Below are positions 56,300 through 64,000 of a stretch of 64,000 nucleotides of DNA, in pieces. The notes under the pieces are model-generated. The model worked only from the letters and a program-made list of their open reading frames with translations. It did not search any database and had not been told where the DNA came from. The number at the start of each line of letters is the position of its first letter. Within the stretch, counting starts at the first letter, position 1. The position numbers and the translations under genes were made by a program. The stretch is from Gemmatimonadota bacterium (GTDB lineage: Bacteria > Gemmatimonadota > Gemmatimonadetes > Gemmatimonadales > GWC2-71-9). The DNA is taken from positions 73,983 through 137,982 of the forward strand of contig JBDHAB010000003.1 of the NCBI GenBank assembly GCA_039588295.1. Reading direction: 5' to 3'.

Positions 56300-57237
56300 T
56301 GCTGGCGCCGCACCGTGACCGAATCAATGGTCGCCCACGCCGTCATGTCTCTCGGGGCGACGACCCTCAACGCCACCCGTGCCTCGACGGGTTCGCCGAT
56401 CACAGCCGCTTCCACCTGGACACTGTCACGGGTGAGTGCCGTGAGGCGGGCGCGACGGCCACGAATCGTCACGATGACCGCCGCCGGGTCGCTGGTCCAG
56501 GAGTACGGACGGTCCGACAACGTGCGAATGGGCACTCCCATGAGCACCTTCTCGGACACCGCGTCGACTTCGGCGGAGATCCGCACCTGTTGAGGAGACA
56601 CTTCGACGCCTTCGAGCCCACTGGTATCGAGGGCGACACGGGTGCGAACCGGGCTGGTGACCCCAGGGATCGTGCGGCGCTCGGTCGCGATCGACTCGAT
56701 CCCCTCCACAAGGGCCCTCGGACCTTGCACGTTGACCCGAGGTGGCCAGACGATGGGGTCCCCAAAGAGTTGGAATCCGGTGTCGGGCTGGATGGTGACG
56801 CGAGAGGTGACAGGCACCGAGCGCTGGAGGACGTCGTTCAGTTGGAGTTCGATCGATGCTGGCTCGATGCGCTGGGCACTCACGGCTGCCCCGTCGGTCA
56901 CGGTGAGATCTCCGATCCCCAAACGCAGCAGGTATGTCGACTCGGTAATGGTGTCGGGGAGCGTGGCGTGAACGACGGGTGCCTGTGCAAACAGCTTGAT
57001 GAGTTCTCTGGGCGTACCGGTGTACAGGGCATGCACCGCGGGGAGTTCACCGACGAGCATCCGACCCGCGGGCATCTCGAGCTGCACGTCGACCGGGATG
57101 AGGCGGGATGTCGGCTCCTGTGCCGCGACCGCCGCCCAGAGGATTGCCGCCAGCACGAGTGCCGTTGCCTTGATCGGCCAATTGTGCAGCAGCCAGCCGC
57201 GGAGCTTATCGGCTACTGCGTTCCACTGTCTCGCCAT
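56296..57237 (-). CDS. YbbR/CdaR-like domain protein
   Basis: NW.IK..AL.LA..LW N-terminal anchor followed by beta-rich repeats (P.RV.V.GP, P..V.V). Confidence 0.8.
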   Translation of the reverse strand: MARQWNAVADKLRGWLLHNWPIKATALVLAAILWAAVAAQEPTSRLIPVDVQLEMPAGRMLVGELPAVHALYTGTPRELIKLFAQAPVVHATLPDTITESTYLLRLGIGDLTVTDGAAVSAQRIEPASIELQLNDVLQRSVPVTSRVTIQPDTGFQLFGDPIVWPPRVNVQGPRALVEGIESIATERRTIPGVTSPVRTRVALDTSGLEGVEVSPQQVRISAEVDAVSEKVLMGVPIRTLSDRPYSWTSDPAAVIVTIRGRRARLTALTRDSVQVEAAVIGEPVEARVALRVVAPRDMTAWATIDSVTVRRQQ

Positions 57238-57769
57238 CGAGCTCCAGTAGGCGCTGCATGAGCGCCACTTGCGTCGGGTGATCCCAATCTGCTGGGCCAA
57301 TGACCTTCTTGAGGATCACGCCCTCCCGGTCGATAACGAAGGTCTCCGGCACCCCGGTCGTCTGGTAGGTGCGCTCGATCTCTGCCGACCGATCGTGCAG
57401 GATGTCGAACGTGAGCCCTCGCTCCTCTGCCCATGCCCTCACCTTGTCCGAGCTCTCGTTGTCAACACTGACGGCCACGACCTTGAGGCCGCTTGCGCCC
57501 AGTTGGTCGTACAGGCGCTGTATGGAGGGCATTTCCGTGACACACGGAATGCACCAGGTGGCCCAGATGTTGAGCAAGACGACTTCGCCATCATAGCTGG
57601 AAAAGTCCACCGTGTCCCCGCTTGCCACATCGAGGGCCTGAAATCCCGGTGCCTTGCTCTCGACGCCAATCGGCTGGAGGGCAGGGGACAGGGCGATTCC
57701 CGCGACAAGAGAGCCAGCGAGAATGCCGACGATGGCAAGCACGAAGATCCATTGACCGCGTTGCGTCAT
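57206..57769 (-). CDS. TlpA/ResA family thiol-disulfide oxidoreductase
   Basis: N-terminal TM; LNIWATWCIPC..EMP; GVPETFVID. Confidence 0.93.
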   Translation of the reverse strand: MTQRGQWIFVLAIVGILAGSLVAGIALSPALQPIGVESKAPGFQALDVASGDTVDFSSYDGEVVLLNIWATWCIPCVTEMPSIQRLYDQLGASGLKVVAVSVDNESSDKVRAWAEERGLTFDILHDRSAEIERTYQTTGVPETFVIDREGVILKKVIGPADWDHPTQVALMQRLLELDGETVERSSR

Positions 57770-57771
57770 GG

Positions 57772-58440
57772 CTAGGCTACCGCGAGACAGCGTTTGCGAA
57801 GTGCCTGTATCTCATTCGCGGGGTCGTCGACGGAGAAGATCGCTGACCCGGCAACGAACGTGTCCGCCCCTGCCGCGTGTGCGCTCTGGACCGTCTCCCG
57901 CGTGATCCCACCGTCCACCTCGAGATAGGCACGACTCCCTCGTTCGTGGAGCATCCGGCGAGCCCGAGCGATCTTGTCGAGCGAGGATCCGAGAAACGCC
58001 TGCGCGGCAAATCCCGGATTCACGGTCATGACCAGGAGCAGATCGAGATCCTCTACAACCTCTTCAGCTAACGAGATCGGCGTTCCCGGGTTGAGCGCGA
58101 GGCCGGCCAACATCCCGCGCGAGCGCACGGCCTCCAACTGGCGCTGGACGTGCTTCGTCGCCTCTGGATGAAAGGTTAACACCGATGCGCCCGCCTCGGC
58201 GAACGAGTCGATGAAACCCTCGGGCCGTTCCACCATGAGATGGACGTCGAGTGGGAGATCCGTGATCCGTCGCAACGCCGCGATCATCCCAGCTCCAAAG
58301 GTGAGGTTCGGCACGAAGTGGCCATCCATGACGTCGACGTGGATCCAGTCGGCGCCGCCTCGCTCAACGGCTGCGACCTCCTCTTGGAGGCGAACGAGAT
58401 CGGCGCTCAAGACGCTTGGCGCAATTCGAACCTGCGTCAT
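57772..58440 (-). CDS. rpe: Ribulose-phosphate 3-epimerase
   Basis: IAPSVLSAD, HVDVMDGHFVPNLTFG, DVHLM, MTVNPGF, EVDGG, VAGSAIF. Confidence 0.96.
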   Translation of the reverse strand: MTQVRIAPSVLSADLVRLQEEVAAVERGGADWIHVDVMDGHFVPNLTFGAGMIAALRRITDLPLDVHLMVERPEGFIDSFAEAGASVLTFHPEATKHVQRQLEAVRSRGMLAGLALNPGTPISLAEEVVEDLDLLLVMTVNPGFAAQAFLGSSLDKIARARRMLHERGSRAYLEVDGGITRETVQSAHAAGADTFVAGSAIFSVDDPANEIQALRKRCLAVA

Positions 58441-59249
58441 TGGCCCCTCCGCTGCGCCAGAGTGATGTTGATCGCCGTGCCGGGCGCGCTCAGCGTTCCG
58501 GCCGCCGGATTCTGCGCCATGACACGGCCAGCCTCAAATTGCTCCGTGTTGCGGCGCATGGACGTACCCAAGGCCAATCCAGCCTGGCTCAGTACGGCCT
58601 CGGCTTCCTCCCGCGTCATCCCCGTCAAATCGGGAACGGTAATGGTCGGAGCCCCGACGCTCACGACCAAAGCTACCTCCGAGCCCGGGAGCAGGGTGAC
58701 GCCGGCGGGTGGCCGCGAGGTGATCACCACGTTCTTGGGCGCCGGCGCTTGTGTGCGCTCTCTTCGTCCAACGACCAGACCGGCAGCTTCCACCATCTGC
58801 TCGGCGAGTCCGATGTCATACCCGATGAGGTCTGGAACCGGGATTCTCGGAGGACCGCTGCTCACCGTCAATTCTACGGACTGACCCTGTCGCACGGCTA
58901 CGCCTGGTGGCGGGTCTTGCCACACGACGTCGCCGCGAGCCGCACCAGGGTGGGCCTCGACGCTCACCTGGCCGAGCGCAAGTCCTGCCTGCTGGAGAGC
59001 GGCTTCAGCCGTGGCCTGCTCCATCCCGACCACGTGCGGTATGGCGGTTCGCGTGGCGAAGATCGGGGCGGGGAACAACGCGAAGGCGGCGATCAGGTAC
59101 CCGCAGGCAAATGCGGCCACCAGCCCTCCCGCGATGATCCAAGGCACACGCTTCCCAGGCAGCCTATCCAGGCGGCGTAACCCCGCCTGAAACGGCTGCA
59201 AGACTGCGGCCCAATCGATGGGCCGGCGGCTGTGGCGTCGAAACTTCAA
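58437..59249 (-). CDS. Membrane-anchored protein with three PASTA domains and no kinase domain
   Basis: TM segment, then three repeats starting IPHVVG, VPDLIG, VPDLTG with V..Q.P..G ends. Confidence 0.9.
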   Translation of the reverse strand: MKFRRHSRRPIDWAAVLQPFQAGLRRLDRLPGKRVPWIIAGGLVAAFACGYLIAAFALFPAPIFATRTAIPHVVGMEQATAEAALQQAGLALGQVSVEAHPGAARGDVVWQDPPPGVAVRQGQSVELTVSSGPPRIPVPDLIGYDIGLAEQMVEAAGLVVGRRERTQAPAPKNVVITSRPPAGVTLLPGSEVALVVSVGAPTITVPDLTGMTREEAEAVLSQAGLALGTSMRRNTEQFEAGRVMAQNPAAGTLSAPGTAINITLAQRRGQ

Positions 59250-60505
59250 CCGACCCTCCTCATTCGGGCGCCAAACCCTCCATCGGTCCCGGCATCGGTT
59301 GGAAAGATGCGCAGGTCTTCGCCTTCACGACAGAAGGTCGGGTGTCGTTCCAGGAAGCCCTCCACTTGTCCCTCGTTCTCCTCCGATTCGAGCGAACATG
59401 TCAGATAGACCAGGAGGCCTCCCGGCGCAAGAACGGTGGCGACCCCCTCCAGCATGGCACGCTGCTGCTCCACCAGGCGCCGCAGCCGCGACGAGCTGAG
59501 CCGCCAGCGCGCATCGGGATGCCGCGCCATGGTCCCGGTCGCGCTGCACGGAGCATCGACCAGTACCGCATCGACGCTGCCACAGCGAATGGGCGGGTGG
59601 CGCGCATCTGCGAGTAGCAGTGTGGGGCGCGTTGCCGTTCGCGTGAGCGAGTCTTGCAGCGTCCTGAGCCTGTCTCTCCGCGCGTCGGAAGCCAGCACGG
59701 AACACCGCCGAGCGCTCAACACCGCCGCTTTTCCGCCCGGGGCCGCGCAGGCATCCCATACGACGCTGTCCCTGGAAAAGGCGGCAAACTCGATCAACCG
59801 GGCCTGAGCGGCGTCCTGCACCACGAATGCGCCGTCTTCAAACCCCGGAAGTACACGCACACGAGCGGTATCGACGATGATCCCGTCGCCGAACGGCGCC
59901 TCCCGGGGCGTGTATCCGGCGTCGGAGAGCGCGTGCCACAACTCGACCCGGGTCCACCGGAGCGGCTGGAGCACGATGTCTGACCGCGTGTTGTTGTGTT
60001 GGAGAAGCGCTTCCGTCTGCTTGGGACCGAACTGGGCGAGCCAGCGCTCGACCAGCCAATTCGGGTGAGAATACGTTCCGGCGAGGTCTCCCGGGACGGC
60101 CGGATGCTCTCCGAGCGTAGGATCCTCGACCAATCGGCGCAGTACCGCGTTCACCAATCCGGCTGCCTTCCCGTGACCGGCGTGCTTTGCGACCTGGACG
60201 GTGGTCGAGAGCGCGGCGTAGTCGGGCACCCGTTCGAGTCGAAGGACCTGGTAAGCACCGATGCGCAGCAAATCTCTCACGTCCGGTGAGAGGCTGCGCC
60301 AGTTTCGTGCGCTACAGGGAGCCAAGACGCGGTCGAGTTCGGTACGGGATCGCAGCACCCCGGCCGCAATCTCGTGCGCCAGCCGCCGATCGAGAGGGGA
60401 GAGGTCTTGAACGGCATGATTGAGCGCAGTGTCAAACCGACGACCGTCACGAACGCGTCGCAGGATCTCGAGCGCTGCCTCACGTGCAGCCGTCCCCGCC
60501 ACCAC
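59246..60505 (-). CDS. rsmB: 16S rRNA m5C967 methyltransferase (Sun/RsmB)
   Basis: NusB-like N-terminus (GLVNAVLR), SHP.WL, VQD, DACAAPGGK, VDAPCSATG, TCSL..EEN. Confidence 0.93.
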   Translation of the reverse strand: MVAGTAAREAALEILRRVRDGRRFDTALNHAVQDLSPLDRRLAHEIAAGVLRSRTELDRVLAPCSARNWRSLSPDVRDLLRIGAYQVLRLERVPDYAALSTTVQVAKHAGHGKAAGLVNAVLRRLVEDPTLGEHPAVPGDLAGTYSHPNWLVERWLAQFGPKQTEALLQHNNTRSDIVLQPLRWTRVELWHALSDAGYTPREAPFGDGIIVDTARVRVLPGFEDGAFVVQDAAQARLIEFAAFSRDSVVWDACAAPGGKAAVLSARRCSVLASDARRDRLRTLQDSLTRTATRPTLLLADARHPPIRCGSVDAVLVDAPCSATGTMARHPDARWRLSSSRLRRLVEQQRAMLEGVATVLAPGGLLVYLTCSLESEENEGQVEGFLERHPTFCREGEDLRIFPTDAGTDGGFGARMRRVG

Positions 60506-60508
60506 GTG

Positions 60509-61312
60509 CTAGTCCAGCATGGCGGTGGTTGGACTCGAGGGGACCGCGACCTCCCGCCGGGGCATCCTGCCGGCCAGGTACGCCAGGCGGCCCGCCTGCA
60601 CGGCGTAGCGCATCGCGGTCGCCATCGCGACCGGGTTGCCAGCCCCGGCGAGCGCTGTGTTCATCAGGATGCCATCGACGCCCTGTTCCATGGTCATACA
60701 GGCGTCCGACGCCGTTCCGACACCCGCGTCGACAATGACCGGAGCCGAGAGCCGGTGCTTGATGGTGCGGATGGTGTACGGGTTGATCAGACCGAGCCCA
60801 CTCCCGATGGGCGACGCGAGCGGCATAATCGCCGCACACCCCGAGTCCTCGAGTCGCAGGGCGGTGATGAGGTCTTCGTTGGTGTAGGCCATCACCTTGA
60901 AGCCTTCCGCCACCAACGTCCGAGCCGCCGTGAGCAGCCCATTGACGTCTGGGAGCAGTGTCTCCTCGTCGCCGATCACCTCCAGCTTGATGAACTCGTT
61001 GAATCCCGCTTCTCGTGCGAGCCGCGCATAGCGGATTGCATCGTCTGCCGTATAGCAGCCGGCCGTGTTTGCCAAGAGGAAGTACTGCGTCGGGTCGAGG
61101 TGTCCCAGGATCCCGGCCTCGTTGGTTCGGTCGAGATCGACCCGCCTCACGGCAACCGTCACGATTTCCGCGCCGGAAGCTTGGATGGCCCGCACCATCG
61201 TGTCATTGTCGCGGTACTTCCCGGTACCCACCATCAATCGCGAGCGAAACTCGGCTCCACCGATCACAAGCGGCCGGTCCGCCGCTGCGGCAGCTGTCAC
61301 ACTCATGGACAC
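60509..61312 (-). CDS. thiG: Thiazole synthase
   Basis: SRLMVGTGKY, TVAVRR, NTAGC, IKLEVIGD, MPLASPIGSGLG, VDAGVG. Confidence 0.96.
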   Translation of the reverse strand: MSMSVTAAAAADRPLVIGGAEFRSRLMVGTGKYRDNDTMVRAIQASGAEIVTVAVRRVDLDRTNEAGILGHLDPTQYFLLANTAGCYTADDAIRYARLAREAGFNEFIKLEVIGDEETLLPDVNGLLTAARTLVAEGFKVMAYTNEDLITALRLEDSGCAAIMPLASPIGSGLGLINPYTIRTIKHRLSAPVIVDAGVGTASDACMTMEQGVDGILMNTALAGAGNPVAMATAMRYAVQAGRLAYLAGRMPRREVAVPSSPTTAMLD

Positions 61313-61341
61313 GTTCCTGTGTTGGGCTTCGGTGTCGGCGA

Positions 61342-61554
61342 TCAGCCGCCGCCCACGAAGTGCACCAACTCGACGCGATCTCCGTCTTTGAGATCCGTGG
61401 CTGTGAGCGCCGGCTGTCTCACGATCTCGCGATTCAGTTCGACCACGACCGCTCGAGGATCGAGCTCGAGCAGGGCGAGTAGCGCACGTAGCGACGTGTC
61501 GGCGGCGAGGCTGCGGGCTTCGCCGTTGACCGTGACGGTTATGGTGCGATCCAT
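61342..61554 (-). CDS. thiS: Sulfur carrier protein ThiS
   Basis: VNGE...VVELNREIV...GDRVELVHFVGGG. Confidence 0.95.
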   Translation of the reverse strand: MDRTITVTVNGEARSLAADTSLRALLALLELDPRAVVVELNREIVRQPALTATDLKDGDRVELVHFVGGG

Positions 61555-61585
61555 GTGGCTTTGGGTCAGGGCCGACCTCTCGTTT

Positions 61586-62176
61586 CTATCCGAAAGATAG
61601 CAGCATCCGGGTCGCAGCCTCGGCGGGATCCGGCGCATACCACAACGCGCTGATGGCAGCGACCCCGTAGGCGCCGGCGCGGCGGCAAGCCTCGGCCCGG
61701 TCCGGGGTCACCCCGCCAATGGCGATGATCCGTGCGGGCAGCGCTTCCCCGATGGCGTCGGGCCCCAACGGCTGGCGGGCCGGGTGCGAGCGGGTTTCCC
61801 AGATGGGCCCAAGGAACACGTAATCGGCCCCTTGGTCGTGCGCCGCACGTGCTTCGGCCGGGCTGTGAGCGGAGCGTCCGATGAAGACCGAGTCGCCCAG
61901 CAGGCGGCGCGCATCTTCGGTCGAGAGACCGGCAGCCGGCAAATGGAGTCCGGCGGCGCCCGCGTGGGCGACCGCGTCAGCCCGGTCATTGATGAATACC
62001 TGACTGCCCGTGCCCCTCAGCCGATGCGCAATCTCGACCAATGTCCGCCCAGGCAGGGTCGCCGAACGGACATGGAGTGCAACGTGGCCCGACTGCCCGA
62101 TGCAATGCGCCAGGGCGTCGAGATCGGGATGGGAGAGAACCTCGTCGTTGGTGACCGCGTGCAATCGGGGGAGCAC
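61586..62176 (-). CDS. Thiamine phosphate synthase / TenI family protein
   Basis: INDRAD, GLHL, SAHS, ADYVFLGPI, AIGGV, GVAAISA; the ThiE QxRxK motif reads HVRSA. Confidence 0.85.
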   Translation of the reverse strand: MLPRLHAVTNDEVLSHPDLDALAHCIGQSGHVALHVRSATLPGRTLVEIAHRLRGTGSQVFINDRADAVAHAGAAGLHLPAAGLSTEDARRLLGDSVFIGRSAHSPAEARAAHDQGADYVFLGPIWETRSHPARQPLGPDAIGEALPARIIAIGGVTPDRAEACRRAGAYGVAAISALWYAPDPAEAATRMLLSFG

Positions 62177-62181
62177 TGTGA

Positions 62182-63114
62182 TCAGGCGAATCGATCGCCC
62201 TTTGTCGCACCGCGCCCCCGGACCCAGTCGATCGCCGCCATCCGTGAGCGTCCGGCGGGTTGGACGTCCAGGATCTGGAGCGCGCCTTCCCCGGTTGCCA
62301 CGACACAGGCGGGGTCGGTCTGGATGATCTCGCCAGGGTGCCCCCTGGCTGGTTGCTCGTCCGCAGGGCGGGGGCCGTACAGCTTGACCTCCTTTTGGCC
62401 GAGCATTGTCCAAGCCCCGGGCCGAGGGTCGAAGGCACGAATCTGCTTCCCGATACGCTGCGCCGGCTCCTCCCAGCGAATCCGGGTGAGTTCGCGCGTC
62501 ACCTTGGGGGCGTACGTCGCGTGTTCGTCGTCCTGGTGGCGAACGATGGCGGATTCCGTGCCGAGCATGGCCAGCGCTTCCACCAACGCGAGCGCACCAA
62601 GCTCGGCGAGGCGCACCGTGAGTTCCCCACCCGTCTCGTCCGCGGCGATTGGCGTGCCGACTTGGTGGATGATTGGCCCGGCGTCCATGCGAGCTTCCAT
62701 CCGCATGATGGTCACGCCCGTCTCGTCCAGACCCTCCAAGATGGCATGTTCGATCGGCGCCGCTCCCCGCAATTTCGGCAAGAGCGAAGCGTGAACGTTG
62801 AACATTCCTCGCGCCGGCAGCTCGAGCAGCGCGTGTTTGAGTATGTGGCCGTAGGCAACGACGACGCCCAGATCGTGCTCCACCGCGCGCAGCTGCGCGA
62901 CGAAGGCATCATCATTGGGGTTCTCCGGCTGGTAGACGGGAAGCCCCTCCTCCAGGGCTATCCTCTTGATCGGCGGTGGTAGGAGTTGCGACCGAGACCG
63001 TCCTTGGGGCCGATCGGGTTGCGTGACCACCGCACTCACCTCGAATCCCTCTCCCAGCAACGCGCGTAACGATGGGACTGCGAACTCGGGGGTGCCGTAG
63101 AACACGATGCGCAC
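62182..63114 (-). CDS. fmt: Methionyl-tRNA formyltransferase
   Basis: RIVFYGTPEFAVPSL, TQPDRP, VVAYG, NVHASLLP.LRGAAPI, MDAGP. Confidence 0.96.
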   Translation of the reverse strand: MRIVFYGTPEFAVPSLRALLGEGFEVSAVVTQPDRPQGRSRSQLLPPPIKRIALEEGLPVYQPENPNDDAFVAQLRAVEHDLGVVVAYGHILKHALLELPARGMFNVHASLLPKLRGAAPIEHAILEGLDETGVTIMRMEARMDAGPIIHQVGTPIAADETGGELTVRLAELGALALVEALAMLGTESAIVRHQDDEHATYAPKVTRELTRIRWEEPAQRIGKQIRAFDPRPGAWTMLGQKEVKLYGPRPADEQPARGHPGEIIQTDPACVVATGEGALQILDVQPAGRSRMAAIDWVRGRGATKGDRFA

Positions 63115-63116
63115 GC

Positions 63117-63662
63117 TCAGAACCTCGAGGACGATTCGGTGGTGGGCGAGACCTCCTTCAGATAGCCGGACTGTCCCTTCCTCGACTTGTGCCACTTCTT
63201 CATGAGCATCCGGCGCTTCAGCGGACTCAAGTGATCGATGAACAAGATGCCGTCGAGATGATCGATCTCGTGCTGGATCGCGCGGGCCTCAAGATCGTGT
63301 GCCTCGACTCGAATCCGCTCGTTGTCGAGGGTGGTCGTTTCCACGACCACACGGTTCGCGCGATCGACGTCCGCGAAGATATCAGGAATGGAGAGACATC
63401 CCTCTTCGCCCCGTACGTGGCCGTCCCGCTCCAAGATCGTTGGGTCGATCAGCACCACGGGCTCCTCGTCCTCGGTGTGCACGACCGCGACTCGCTTGGC
63501 AACGCCCACTTGGTTCGCAGCGAGCCCGATTCCCTGGTCGGCCCGCATGGTGTCGAACAGGTCCCGGACGAGCTCGCGGATGTCGTCATCCACCGTCCCC
63601 ATCTCCTCCGACCGCTGTCGGAGAGCGGGGGATCCCAACAAGTGGATGTTGCGGATGCTCAT
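63117..63662 (-). CDS. def: Peptide deformylase
   Basis: GIGLAANQVG, EGCLS, QHEIDHLDG. Confidence 0.97.
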   Translation of the reverse strand: MSIRNIHLLGSPALRQRSEEMGTVDDDIRELVRDLFDTMRADQGIGLAANQVGVAKRVAVVHTEDEEPVVLIDPTILERDGHVRGEEGCLSIPDIFADVDRANRVVVETTTLDNERIRVEAHDLEARAIQHEIDHLDGILFIDHLSPLKRRMLMKKWHKSRKGQSGYLKEVSPTTESSSRF

Positions 63663-63991
63663 CTGGTCGCTCCGCCCTCGGTCCGTCCCGACAGGATATC
63701 TGCGATGCGCCCACGCTGAACGACGAGTCGGGATTCACCGCTCTTCACCGTAATCTCGTCGTCCTTGACGTGGACGACATCTCCCAGGATCCCGCCGACG
63801 GTGACGATCCGGTCGCCCTTCTTGACGTCTGCGAGGCGTTCCCGCTGCCGTTTCTCCTGCCGAATCTTCGGGCGGATGATGAGGAAGTAGAAGATGGCGA
63901 CGATCGCCAACATCTGAATGAAGAAGATGGACATGCCGCCGCTGCCGCCCCGCCCACCGGAGGTCATTAAGAAGAGCAAATCAGGAGTCAC
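63659..63991 (-). CDS. yajC: Preprotein translocase subunit YajC
   Basis: FYFLIIRP, KKGDRIVTVGGILG. Confidence 0.93.
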   Translation of the reverse strand: MTPDLLFLMTSGGRGGSGGMSIFFIQMLAIVAIFYFLIIRPKIRQEKRQRERLADVKKGDRIVTVGGILGDVVHVKDDEITVKSGESRLVVQRGRIADILSGRTEGGATR

Positions 63992-64000
63992 GTCATTCCC

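Noticed and set aside
57206..57769. Additional selenoproteins among the redox genes (TlpA, GlcF, FdhD)
   Set aside because: Their active-site positions are ordinary Cys codons and no in-frame TGA with continuing homology was seen.
1..64000. CRISPR array, tRNA/rRNA, IS element, prophage or defence island
   Set aside because: No regularly spaced direct repeats, cloverleaf-like intergenic segments, or transposase/integrase/phage motifs were seen, and intergenic gaps are short. A covariance-model scan was not possible, so small RNAs could have been missed.

Overview
A GC-rich bacterial chromosomal segment, densely coding and mostly housekeeping. Gene content suggests Gemmatimonadota (inference only). 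No rRNA, tRNA, CRISPR array, transposase or prophage was recognised. Left to right: partial trehalose-phosphatase; a deacetylase fusion interrupted by one in-frame TAG; a Kgd-type E1/E2 2-oxoglutarate dehydrogenase fusion; nfi; a vWA/AAA pair; a Tat-exported degenerate GH38-like protein; an fdhD-nuoEF-fdh(Sec)-cysteine desulfurase cluster with an in-frame UGA and an fdhF-like SECIS; an extended glcDEF operon whose glcF probably starts at CTG; a short RpoD-family sigma factor; an AT-richer intergenic cluster of about seven convergent DnaA boxes (oriC-like or DnaA-titrating); an AroB homologue that has lost most catalytic and metal residues; tamA/tamB; FTR1-cytochrome c; a kinase-only Ser/Thr kinase; and a yajC-def-fmt-thi-rsmB-PASTA-rpe-tlpA-ybbR-tsaD-lgt operon. 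All product calls come from motif recognition by eye, with no database search, and many start codons are best estimates.
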